From: Neoechinorhynchus agilis
Taxonomy: Eukaryota > Animalia > Acanthocephala
Length of the DNA stretch: 64,000 nt
NCBI GenBank assembly: GCA_051530055.1
Contig: CM121342.1
Coordinates: forward strand, 16,197,480 to 16,261,479
Direction: 5' to 3'
The position numbers and the translations under genes were made by a program. The notes under the pieces were generated by a model. It saw nothing but the letters and a program-made list of their open reading frames with translations, ran no database searches and was not told where the DNA came from. Positions 24,701 to 36,045 of the stretch are shown one piece after another. Within the stretch, counting starts at the first letter, position 1; every line of letters starts with the position of its first letter.

Positions 24701-26341
24701 GAACACTCATCAATACAGTGCTGAACGGAAGGTCTTCTAGTCGGATCACGCTCAATCATTTTATCGACCATGATACGAAGATGTTCATCTTCGATTTTAA
24801 ACATTTTTATTGGCCGAATGTTAGCATTCCGGTAATTTAGAAGATCAGCGAGGGAGAATAATGGAGATTCCGTCATGATTTCGGCAATAATGCACCTAAA
24901 ATAGAAGCATTAAGAGTTAATTCACAGGATAACAATCAAATACCCGAGACTGAACACATCCATGGATTCCGTTCCTGAATATGAAAAACACTGGTAGACA
25001 CCAGTATCGATCGATCTGCTTAAAACACTCGAGAAACGCTCTGGTGCAACACAACAGCAGTCGCGACCCGATCCAGAGAAGAAGTAGTAATATTGACTCG
25101 GATCAGCCTGTTACTTGAGGTCATATAAGAGGTGGGCATATTGCGGGGAGCGAGTTTAACAAGGACTTCTAAGGTCCACAAAATCAGATTTTCATGCAAT
25201 CATTAGGTTATAATGACAATCGGTTCAACAGGAAATGTGCGTTCACTAGTTTGGGTCTAATTTTTCGATTAAAAACCTTCTTCGAACCACGTAAAAGCGT
25301 TCATCATCATTTCTAAAAATACTAGTGGTAAAATGGCACAGATTGAAACACTTTTGAATAATTTTAGATACATGGCTCAGGGTACTCTAAGGTAAAGTGC
25401 ATTTTAAATCATAATTTCCCGTTGATATTAGAAACAATAAATCATATTGGAATAATGAAGGGGCGGCTTTAATTATCAAGACTATGTGCAAGAAGAGGTG
25501 AAAATGACACGCATTGTCGAATCATCACGAATGTGAGATTATAGCATTGCTTACTCACCGAAGGCATGATCGTTGGTTTATAAATTCCGAAATCGGTCAA
25601 AAATACCTTCATCCAACCTGTAAGAACAATATTCTCTAATTTTAAATCACCGTGATATATCTATCAGCCAATGACAAGTAGAGACGAAAAAGTCAATATT
25701 TAGGAGCACCTTTTGTTCGTGACATGCAGCGACGGCTACGAGTATTTGATAAATAATGAATACTTTTTCTTTTGCGCTCAAGGGTGGGTTCATGTTCAAG
25801 CGTTCTAGAAGACTATGTTTAAGAAAACATCTAACCATATAAATAGCTTTGTTGCTTGCTTGACAGCTCAGGATAGGAAGGACGTATGACTTGACCGTAT
25901 TCAGTTTTTTATAACATTCTAAAGTGATCCAGTTGTTCGACGTTGAATGCTTAGCTTGTATGATTTTCACTTACGCATAAGTAGTACGGCCAGATCTCCG
26001 TAAGGCAATGATGAATCGTATATCGGGAATATCTTTACCAACACCAGATCGGAGCTCTGAACACGAACAGTGATAGTCTTGACCAATCGGCTTTGACGAA
26101 TACTACAAACGAATTCGTTGTCTCCAAATATGGCTGATCAAAGAACCTACCATCCATTAAACTCAATGCTAATCGTTTGTCTGCTCAACGACGTAGACGA
26201 ATTGAAAGATGTTTCATCGAACTTTGTTCTTGGAGCCAAATCAAAGCATTTATAAATAGCTTCTCTTAGTTCAGTAGAACTAAAGTAGGATTGAACCGAC
26301 GGCATGTTCACGGGTGCGAGCGAGACAACGTAGTTGCCCAT
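18771..26341 (-). CDS. PIK3R4: VPS15 / PI3K regulatory subunit 4: kinase-like domain, HEAT repeats and WD40 (many short introns)
   Basis: Myristoylation-type start [17 protein letters not shown]; [25 protein letters not shown]; [19 protein letters not shown]; MDVFSLGCIIAE; DWRHRLSFF; [14 protein letters not shown]; [11 protein letters not shown]; C-terminal [23 protein letters not shown]. Confidence 0.93.
19771..19896. repeat. Fold-back with 43-bp near-perfect arms, inside a VPS15 intron
   Basis: tttccccgatatttcacctctcggatagttccgacatttcctc versus gaggaaatgtcggaactatccgagaggtgaaatatagggggaaa. Confidence 0.9.
19917..20104. repeat. Fold-back with 74-bp near-perfect arms, a 40-nt spacer and TA at both ends
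   Basis: tatgtggcggtagagaaaattatatatccaagaatcac...cacactggactt versus aagtccagtgtg...gtgattcttgaatatataattttctctaccgccacata. Confidence 0.92.
20625..21171 (+). CDS. NFYB: Nuclear transcription factor Y subunit beta (2 exons), nested antisense in a VPS15 intron
   Basis: [45 protein letters not shown]|[27 protein letters not shown]; intron 20825-20882 (gtgagt...ttcag). Confidence 0.93.
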
Positions 26342-27623
26342 GCAATCCTCTGAAAGTATAAAAACGAAAAACTCGAGTTTCTTTGTTGTGTCTTAAGATC
26401 ATTATTAAACTGAAAGACGTTCATTTCACCGGATGCGAACTTGCGTTTGATCAGCGATATTGAGCAAACATTTTGTGTTTCATGAAGAATCGCTCTGCAT
26501 AAACATGTAGATTTATCGTAAACCGTCGATAAATGCGATCTGATTCGATTTACTTTCGTCAAATAACCCGATTTAGGGTTGTGAACTTTAACCTTGGCGA
26601 AACCTTTAGTATAAATTTTTAGATTGAAAGGCAATAATTATTGTTTTGAATAAAGAGATTGAGAATATTCTAAGGTAATTTCCAAAGACCCTGCACCAAA
26701 GCAAATATTAAAGCGTATTGTGAAAGGATGTTTTAATTTTAAACCTAAAAATACGATTATCAATAAATAATTTTCAAACCCAGACGCCTTTTTGATTAAT
26801 CGATGACGGGTTCGCCGGTTCATGTTACTAAGTCAAAGCGATAGATCTCCCTTTTGGAAACCATCGACTCACGAATTCTTTGAAGATACCATCAAAATTT
26901 TTATCCAAAATTCGGAAAAATTGAACCTAAGAGCCGTGAAAAAGGCCACACATGGACGCAGAAAAAATTAGCTGGCTAGACAGACTTTAAAATATAATCT
27001 ATTTTAGATGATCTCAGAAAAGACAACCAAAAGGCGCCGTCGTCGATCTGAGAATGCCACATGGACGTCGAAGTAAAAAACGAGCATAAACACCAAAACA
27101 ATGCAAATATTATACGGATTGTAGTTGCAATAAAAGCTTTTATATTACTTTGGCACTTCTTTCTGCTGCAACGGAATGACGTTTTTGAGGGTTTTTGTAC
27201 AACGCTTCGTGTTCTAAATTAGTCGATTGATTTTTAAAGCAAAATTTTCAATCACTCAATCTTCCACTCCGTCGTAGTCAAATAAAATTCGAAGAGTTTT
27301 TTGCGTTCCTCGATCTTCATCTCAGCAAAAAACATGTTCTATTGACTGAAGATCCTCGATCTTTGGTTCCTTTTAGCCACGCCTACACAAGTATGCAAAT
27401 AGTTTCTAAAAGATTTCCCGTCTTGTCCAGAGGAATAGATCGTGTGAACACTTTTTTGGCTTGTCCACAAGAACAATACTAAAGTATTCTGAAACTAAAG
27501 AGGAAGTATAATGTGTCCAGCTTCGTGATTAACGATGTTAATACTCTTGGATTAATCTGATTAGACAGTCTTTACAGAACTAGACGAGCTAAAGCATTGC
27601 GATAGCTGGAATCGGCAACAATG

Positions 27624-27654
<31 letters not shown>

Positions 27655-28080
27655 TAAAGTGAAGAAATTAATTTAAGCGCGGGTAAACGGTGGATGTAAC
27701 TACGGCTTAAGAGGATCCGCTTTCTTTACTGCTATTTGGTCTATGCCTAAATTGCCCGACTTGGATTATAGGTTGGTTTTACCTTCGACGCAAATGATAA
27801 GGTATTTTTGCATCTCTTCTAGAGAGCAATCAATCTTAACCATGTTCGATTGCAAAAGATTTGATTGAACTTTTGCGCTGAGAAATTCACCAGTTACAAT
27901 CAATGGCTTTCTAGCTACAAACTGGTTGTTAGCACCGATCCGGTTGAAAATTTGGAAGGCCAGGCTCCGTGATTAAACGGCTATTACGTCTTCCCACTTT
28001 TAGAACAAAAGTTCCTTGTCTAGAATTCCGTTCGAACTATTACTTGATTTTCGAGAAATTTTGTTTCCGAAAATTGCCAT

Positions 28081-28230
28081 TTGAGCTGTTGTAAGGATAA
28101 AGAGAATCTTTATTTTCGAGCTTTTGCTGTCTTATGGCTTCTTCAAGAATTATTTAAGTGTATTATTTGCTCTCGAAAACACGGCAAAAGCTCGAAATAA
28201 AGATTTCTCTTTATCATTACAACGGCCCAA
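28081..28230. repeat. Imperfect fold-back, ~50-bp arms
   Basis: ttgagctgttgtaaggataaagagaatctttattttcgagcttttgctgt versus acggcaaaagctcgaaataaagatttctctttatcattacaacggcccaa. Confidence 0.8.
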
Positions 28231-28506
28231 GTGTTCATTTTAGACAATAAAAACTCGATAAACCATGAAGTTGTAATTTCGCTATTCTTATAGTTCAACG
28301 AAATACTACGACAAACATCACATCTTGGAAAATAAACCAAAAGCACTTCCGACTTCAAGGGAATCTTGAATACATTCTGTCTAATGACTTGGTTAACTGC
28401 AAGATACCAAGCAGGCTTTTATAGACGAATTAGAGCATTATTGGAGAGCGGCTCCTACTCAAGCGAAGGGTATCGCTTCCTTTATTAAGAAAATCGCTTT
28501 TAGATT

Positions 28507-28575
28507 GCAGTGGCCTCGCGGGTGATGCAAAGCAACAATGCACCCTAGGTTCGGGTTCGAATGTACCGTCTGTGC
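28507..28575 (+). mobile_element. Possible degraded tRNA-derived SINE head
   Basis: Box-A-like gtggcctcgcgg and box-B-like ggttcgaat at tRNA-like spacing; no complete cloverleaf. Confidence 0.25.
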
Positions 28576-28984
28576 GCGAATAAAACACTTTAACAATGAC
28601 TGATGAGGCAAGGTCACCTCGCGAAATATTTCCAATAAATCAAAATCAAATGTGCTATTACCAGGATTATTATCACCAAAATAATACTTTGACTAACCCG
28701 AAGGATTTTTTTATCGATGATTACCATTTTGATTTTATCAAGTTCTTAAATTGGAATTTGAAACTTCAAAATCACGGGTTCGCAAATGTTTTTTCTATTA
28801 ATTTAAAGTCTTCGGTCGATCTTGCAGATTTACATTTCTCAAACAGAGTTGGTTCATAAGTTTTGTGATGCGGGTACTTACGGCCGTTGTAGACGGATGC
28901 AACTTTTTCTCTATTGTTTTCTAGTCCTTTTGCGAACTCCGCCAAGGACGGTACCAAGCCTGGCTGAGAAAGGAGGAGGGTTCG

Positions 28985-31715
28985 TGTCAGGAAGGGCATC
29001 CGACTGCAAAAAACCTTGCCAAATCAAATTACATTCATGTCTAATATTCATTTTGTAAACACTATAGCTAGGACATCCCCCGTAAGCGACGCACAATCTC
29101 AACGCCCGGAGTTTGTGATAAATCCGTCAGGGTTATCGAGTTATCGACGAACTCGGCTAAAGAAGCTAGTCGATATAAAAATCCGAATAGCTAGTCTGAT
29201 CGTGGGTACGATGACAGGAAGAAGCCGAGAGATAGTGATATGATGTGGAGGCTACGGATCCAAATACCAGGAGTACAGGAAACTCGATGGAAGGAGGCAA
29301 AAGCGAGGGAGTTGGGTGATGGATTTAAATTGTTCCACAATGGAAGAAACAGTGGCAGAGGTGGTGTTGGGGTGATTCTGAGCGGTGATCTGGTAGATAA
29401 ACTGGTGTCAGTGGACAGAAGGAGCGATAGAGTGATGTCGGTAAGTATCAACAGGACGGGCGTCGTAATAACCATCGTGGGTTGTCGTAATGAAGAAAAG
29501 TCAAATTTCTGGGAAGATCTATCCGAGGCAATATCCACAGTTGAAGGTCGATGCGTGGTATTGGGGGATTTCAACGGGCATGTTTAATCCAGAGTGTGCT
29601 ATGAACGAATTCACGGAGGCTATAGCATAGGAGCAAGGAATGCCGAGGGCGAAAAGCTGTTGGATTTCGCAATAGCAAGGGAACTACGTATTACCAACGC
29701 ATTCTTCATGAAGGATCGAAGATACTTAGCGACGTTTTCAAGTGGACGATATGAGAGTCAAATCGATTTCATTCTCTACCCAATCGATAAGCAGCGAGAA
29801 GTACAGAATGTCAAGACTTTATTGGGCGAAGATTGTGCTTTACAACACAGACCACTCATAGTAGATCTGAAGATCAGGACGGTGAGTAAGCCTCAAAAAG
29901 CGATCCTTATACCGAAAATCAAATGGTGGAAATTGATGGATGATGATTATAAAACATGGAATGTGTGAAGTTTTCTCCGAAAATGTGTGTCATGGTAACA
30001 GATGTTGAGAGTTGGTGGAACGATACGAGCGAAATCATAACCGAGGTAGCCAAGAGAGTATTGGGAATGACATCGGGAAAACCTCCGCCCCGAAACAAGG
30101 AAGCCTTTTGGTGGAACGAGAAAGTCATGGACGCTGTGAGCCGTAAGCGTGCTGCAAAAAAAGAAACTTGATTGCAACAACTCATTACAGAACAAATAGT
30201 TATATAGACAAGCGAAGAAGGAAGCAGCTAGGGAGTGTGCAATTGCAAGGAATGATTCCGACCTAAAGTTATATGATCAACTGGATAGAGATATGGGTCG
30301 AGAAATGATATTTAAGCTCGCTAAACTTCGTGATAAGAGATCGAGAGACATAGTCCAGCAAAAGTCTATCAAGGACAACAGTGGAACCATACTTTACTGG
30401 AATGAAAAGATCCTTGCGAGATGGAGAGAGTATTTCGAAACTCTGATGAATGCGAGGAACTCGTGTGATCCTATCGAAGTAAGGCAGGCAAATAATAATA
30501 TGGTACAACGATTCTCGTATGAAGTAGCGGCGAAAATGATAGGAATGAGAAGTGGAAAAAGTGTTGGGCCTGATCAAATACCGATCGAATTGTGGAAAAC
30601 GCTCTTTCATTTTGGAATACAGATATCGGCGAATTTATTTCGAAAGATTGATGAACAAGGCAAGATACCTACTGCTTAGCAGAAAAGTACACTAGTTCCC
30701 ATCTTCAAGCAAAAAAGGTTCACACAATGAAGCTATGAGAAAGACTATTGGATAGCAGGATCATGGAAATTGTTATTAGCGAAGATCATCGTGGAGTAAT
30801 GCCGAGCAGGAGTACTACAGATGCAATATTTGTATTGAGGCAGCTTTACGAAAGATTCAGCGAAAAACCACGACCACTACATAGCGCTTTTGTGGATTTG
30901 GCGAAGGCATATGATGCTGTGCCTAGGGATCTTGTATGGTCATGTCTCAGAATGAGAAAGCTATGCACGAGAATAGTCTCACGAGCGTACGATCAGCGGT
31001 ATATCTGAGTTTTTCCAAGTTTCAAATGGTTTCCATTAAGGCTCAGCGCTGAGTCCGTTTCTGTTCGCAGTTGTGATGGATGTCCTAGATAATTCGGACA
31101 AAGGCCTCCACGGCAAATAGTTTTCGCAGACGATTTAGTACTTACGGCCGAAAAAGTAAGTCTATTATAAAAGGATCTGGAAAGGTGGAAACGTGAACTC
31201 GTAAATAAAGGTCTGAGAGTCAACAGAACTAAGACGTACTATATGGGATCAGATAATTTATTCATGCAAGGAGTCGAGGTTGAACGCAGGCGTGGGTGAA
31301 TTGGAGGAAAGCCTCGGGCATCCTATGTGATTGGAGAGTTACAGCGAACCTCAAGGGACGGGTCTATGAGGCGGTTGTTAGACCAGCTATGACCTACGCG
31401 GCCGAGACTTGAGCCACAAAACAAGAGGATTTCAATAGGCTGTCTTTAAATGAGATGAGGATGCTGCGGTGGGCAGCAGGAATCACAAGGATAAAGTCAG
31501 AAACTATGAGATCAGAAAGCTATTTCGTGTGGTACCCATCCGAGAGGTGATCGTCAGGAAAAGGCTACACTGGGAGGAGCGTCTGTCTATGATAGATGAG
31601 GATGACTAGTTGAGGAAGATCGAAAAAGTTTGGATTGAGGGGCCAAGGAGAAGAGGACGGCCGAAGAAAAGGTGGAAAGACTGCCTGAAAGATGATGCGA
31701 AGGTGCTTGGGTGAA
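28985..31715 (+). mobile_element. RTE-clade LINE (APE endonuclease plus RT), near full length but with stops and frameshifts
   Basis: 5' motif ggaagggcatccgact; VQETRWKEAKARELGDGFKLFHNG..GGVGVIL; LGDFNGHV; SQIDFIL; PKIKWWKL; GKSVGPDQIPIELWK; STTDAIFVLRQL; AFVDLAKAYDAVPR; FADDLV; RPAMTYAAET; RRGRPKKRWKDCLKDD. Confidence 0.9.
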
Positions 31716-33593
31716 TGTTTGACATGAACATGCGACCTCTCGTGGAGAGCAAAGCAGTAAGACGTGTGTGTTCTCTAGTGCTTTTTGCAGCCGCTACGAT
31801 TTTTAAGCTCCATCTGCAGATGAGTGAAAGAGTTCGAAATGCTTGCCTTCCGCGCTCGGAATTTAAATAACTGGAACATTGTTTGGCCGATAATCCAAAC
31901 ATTCACTCATGTAATCTCATCATATGGTAACTCTTAAATTCAGCGATTTCGATTTACTTGTTCATGTGATAAATCCAATGATAAAAACAGTAACAAAAGT
32001 CCAGTTCTGTTAGTTAAGCAGATTCGATTTGGGTGACCTCCAGTTAGATTTTGGAAGGCACAGGGTTGTGTAGACTTTAGACTTCATAGTCATGAGTTCA
32101 GGAAGTGAAATTGAAGCGATAATGATTTGTAGTCAAAAAATACTGCAAACATGGTCCTCTAGGCTGACCTTTGACGTCCGGCTTTTAGAGAAGGAGGTCA
32201 ATCTTTTGGACCCCAAAATTGTTGCGGCTGCAAACAGACTAGAATAAATTGTATCCGCCTTTGGCGACTGTAAATGATCAAATCACAAAACTAACGGGCT
32301 CTGCATTCTGATCTACTTTCGAAATGTTTACAAACACATCATTAGACCTCTGAGAATAAGAAATGTAAGTACATGAAGCAAAATACTGATTCATGAAGTT
32401 AAACTATCCATCATTGTTCGTTTTCCGAAGTTTGTAAAAGGATCTTGCATTAAATCTTAACTTGGGGACGCCCAAGTAAAGATTAATCCTATTTTTGGAT
32501 TTAAAATAACAGTTAAAAATTCACGTGCTTCCATTTAAGCATTTGTAATGAATAGGTAAATTAGCTTTTATATGTCGGCCATCTTTATTCTATAGCATTA
32601 GGCTTAAATAAAAATAGTAAGAATTTCAAATAGCTCGTAATCGGTAGTTTTACTACACAATGACTTTATGGGCGTTATTTCCGGTATCTTTTTTACAAAC
32701 GGATACTGCTCGTCTGATACGAAAATTGCAAAAGTGATAAGGGATTTGAGCGGTGAAAATCCTTTATGTGAAATGCGCCTTTGTCCTTTTTCACTTGAAT
32801 TGCTTGTATTTTCATTAAAGAAGCAATAAATCAAAAAATCTGTGTTCAAGAGATCTTTCTGGTTATGCACCAAATCCCTCACATCCTTAATTTAGAGATA
32901 AATTTATTGCTGGTTGCTTTGCATTTTAAAGATGAAATCGCAAAATCAGAAACTAGACAGCATATTTACTATGAAAACTATTGAGAGACCGTTTACTTGT
33001 GATGAATAGACGTATTAAACGCCCAGTTATTCTCTGGACAGATTAGTCTTGGAATGCGGCATTGTGATTTAACAAAGGGGTCTTAAACGTTTGCCACAAA
33101 TGATTATGATATTCTAGCTCGCTTTTAGAATATCCGATTAAATACCTAGCTAATGTCCATAGCTCACGAGTACCCTTATGAACATATAAGATTCTTGTAT
33201 TTGAGCTGTAGTTATTGATCGATTTTTTAACAGGCATTAGTGGAATGCAGATGTGTGACAAACCGTGATGATGACTTGGTATACTTGCTCCCTTGACGTT
33301 CTTTGCTGTTGCTGCTGCTAAGGTGAGCAGATGAAACCTAATTCTAAGAGCTATAAAACGTCAAAATTTACGTGGAGACAGTTTCTAGCGGCACCTTATA
33401 AAACCTTCTTTGTATCTTGAGCAACAGAAAAATATTGGCAAAGCAAAAAACATATCTTTCTGATTTTTCAAAAGGACTGAGACTATTAATCATTCCAATC
33501 TAATCCACTTCATTATAAAGTTGTTCTTGTTCGCTGACAAGTGCAAAATGAATCAAATTAGTAAAGTACACAATATATGCTTCTTAAACAAAA

Positions 33594-33665
33594 GGACGGC
33601 AGCTGAGTGATCCAGAGGGGCGGTGGTGTAATTGATTTCTGCTGCGAGATTCTGAAGAAGGTTAA
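33594..33665 (+). mobile_element. Solo 3' UTR fragment of the CRE subfamily seen at 16560-17510
   Basis: ggacggcagctgagtgatccagag...cggtggtgt...tgatttctgct..ga.attctg matches 17326-17365 joined to 17466-17510. Confidence 0.75.
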
Positions 33666-34866
33666 AAATTAATATATAAATATAGATTCGACTTATAAAT
33701 ACTACCATAAAGACCTTTATTGTAGCTCATCCCTTTAAAAATTTTGGTTTCTCGAACACGATTTCGCTTCGAAAAAATGTCTAATTTCTTACAGATTTAG
33801 TGCACATTTCGTTAAGGTTCAGAGATCAAAGACATTCTTGACCTATGCTCTCAGCTCTCAAAAATTTCACCGCCGTTCAGTAGTTGGAAAATGCTTGAAA
33901 CTACGAGAATTTTTGTCCTTACGGAATCACAGCCTTTATAATACGTTTTTGGATTGCCCTTGGTTAAGACGCTGTGTTTTTTGCTGATTCATCAAAACCT
34001 CTCACGTAAATCAAGTACAAAAATGCAAGAGATCTTAGCATTCTAAGTTAACGAAGTGAAATAACATGTTCCAGCCGCTTGAACAAACATTTATTCGTCG
34101 CTCATAACACCGTGAGAAGTTAATGGTACATTTCGCGTAGCGTTCCGCAAACTCGCTTATCAAATTATTTGATGCCGTTTAGCCTTAAATGCGATATCTC
34201 ACGTGGAGCACTCTTAAACCTATCCCGGTAATAAGATAACTTCCATTTCATTAACATTATTGAGCACACTTAACAAATTATTGACTAACGAGAATTTTTA
34301 TTTATTGGTCCCAGCAGAACACTAAAACGTGTGAGTACTTCGACAATCTACTCATCGCCCGGTAGTGGCGTATTAATTTTATTTATTTGCTCTTTTGGTG
34401 AATTGTAGCCACCTATTTGTTTTAAGCGCATATAGACGCTAACTGTAGCCATTCAGTGAGATAAATTGTTACATAGAAAAGGCTAACTCGTTTTTAACGC
34501 CTAACACTTTGTTCATTATTAAAATGATGGACAAAATAAGAAATTGTGGGTCCTGCCAGCGGGCTGTATGCAATTCGATTAAAATCACTTTTGTTTAATT
34601 GATAAGTAGAGCGGCATTTCCGTATCTCTGCAAAGAGGATCTGGATATTATTAAGAGTGGATTCCCCCCCCAGGGTCAATAAAAAACTATTTCTATGAGT
34701 TATGCATAAACTGCGAGTGTATGGAAACGGTTGTGGCTATATGACGAGCTGAAGTATTCTTTTTCTGGAGGTGCCGACATGTCACAGTAAAGAAGATGTG
34801 AGTCTCGTGCACGATCCTACCGATAAGTATTTATTCGGCTTACGAGTTCGGTTTTTGCCGTTTTAG

Positions 34867-35532
34867 ATGGGAGGTCAAAAAAGTAAAATCGATACTACGG
34901 TTCTAAATGAACAAATGATCGAGTTATTATTGGCAAATACTGATTTTACACGCGAAGAGGTATGAGTGGGATCGTTTGGCTTAATCTTCCAAGACAAAAT
35001 ATCAGGTGAAAACATGGCATGCTGGTTTCATTCGTGATTGCCCCAATGGATTGCTGGACCAAAAAAAGTTCAGGGAAGTATACAAGACTCTTCGATCAGG
35101 AGGAAATGTAGAAAAGTTTTGCGATTTAACCTTTAAAGCCTTCGATACCGATTGTAGCGGCAAAATTGATTTTTATGAATTCATGCTCGCTCTTGCAGCC
35201 ACTCAACAAGGTACCGTGTGAGATCAAATAAACCCCTTCCGATGAGCAAAGGTCTAGGGTCAACAGCTCAAAAACTTGCGGCTGCCTTTGATATCTACGA
35301 TATTGACAAAAATGGAGTGATTGATTTAAAAGAGATGATTAAAGTTTTTACTGCAGTTTACGACCTTAACGGAATTAAAGATCGCAAAGGAGACCGTCAC
35401 CCAAAACGAAAAGCTCAAATAATTCTGGAACGAATGGATAAATCAAAAAGCATGAAACTTACGAAAGCTGATTTCGTGTCAGCTTGTCTAGAGGACGGAG
35501 ATTTGCGAAACATTTTTGCTCCTTATGCCTAA
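34867..35532 (+). CDS. Neuronal calcium sensor family EF-hand protein (NCS-1/neurocalcin/hippocalcin-like), 3 exons
   Basis: Myristoylation motif MGGQKS; NTDFTREE|VKTWHAGFIRDCPNG; FKAFDTDCSGKIDFYEFMLAL; AFDIYDIDKNGVIDLKEM. Introns 34960-35005 and 35211-35257. Confidence 0.92.
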
Positions 35533-36045
35533 AATTAGAACAATATTTTCATCACGTTTGAGTCTAAATGTTAGTAATTCTAAATCTGACTCTAAGATGT
35601 GTAATGTGTTTTCGAAATGCATGTTTTGAAAATATGTCGATTGTTTCGGGTAAGGAGGATGAACTTTCGGACGAGGTAGGATGTGATGATATTGATAGCG
35701 TAATTCCACCTTATTCGTAGAAATGCGTACATGTTCATCGCGGTCATATGAGCACAAAATCAGGCAATAGGCTCCTTAAGTACCCAAATGATGTTTAGAG
35801 GGTTTTTTCATTGAAGTGTTTGTCAACGGAACCATGTGATAGAAAATGTCATTGTTGGCATTTTGCGTAGCAAATCCGGAGTATATTACTTCGATGTTAC
35901 CCTTTTTTTGCTCCCCCCGCTAGCTGTTCTAACAACGAAAAAAAAGATGGAATAGTGCGTAAAAGTTGGGACAAAAACAGAGATGCCACAAATATCAAAA
36001 AGCACTTTATTATGACGATCGGAAATATTAGCCAAAATCCGCGGT

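Noticed and set aside
32453-32484. Small 14-bp stem-loop (aatcttaacttggg-gacg-cccaagtaaagatt) as a terminator or RNA gene
   Set aside because: It is too short to be significant in AT-rich eukaryotic DNA and has no supporting context.
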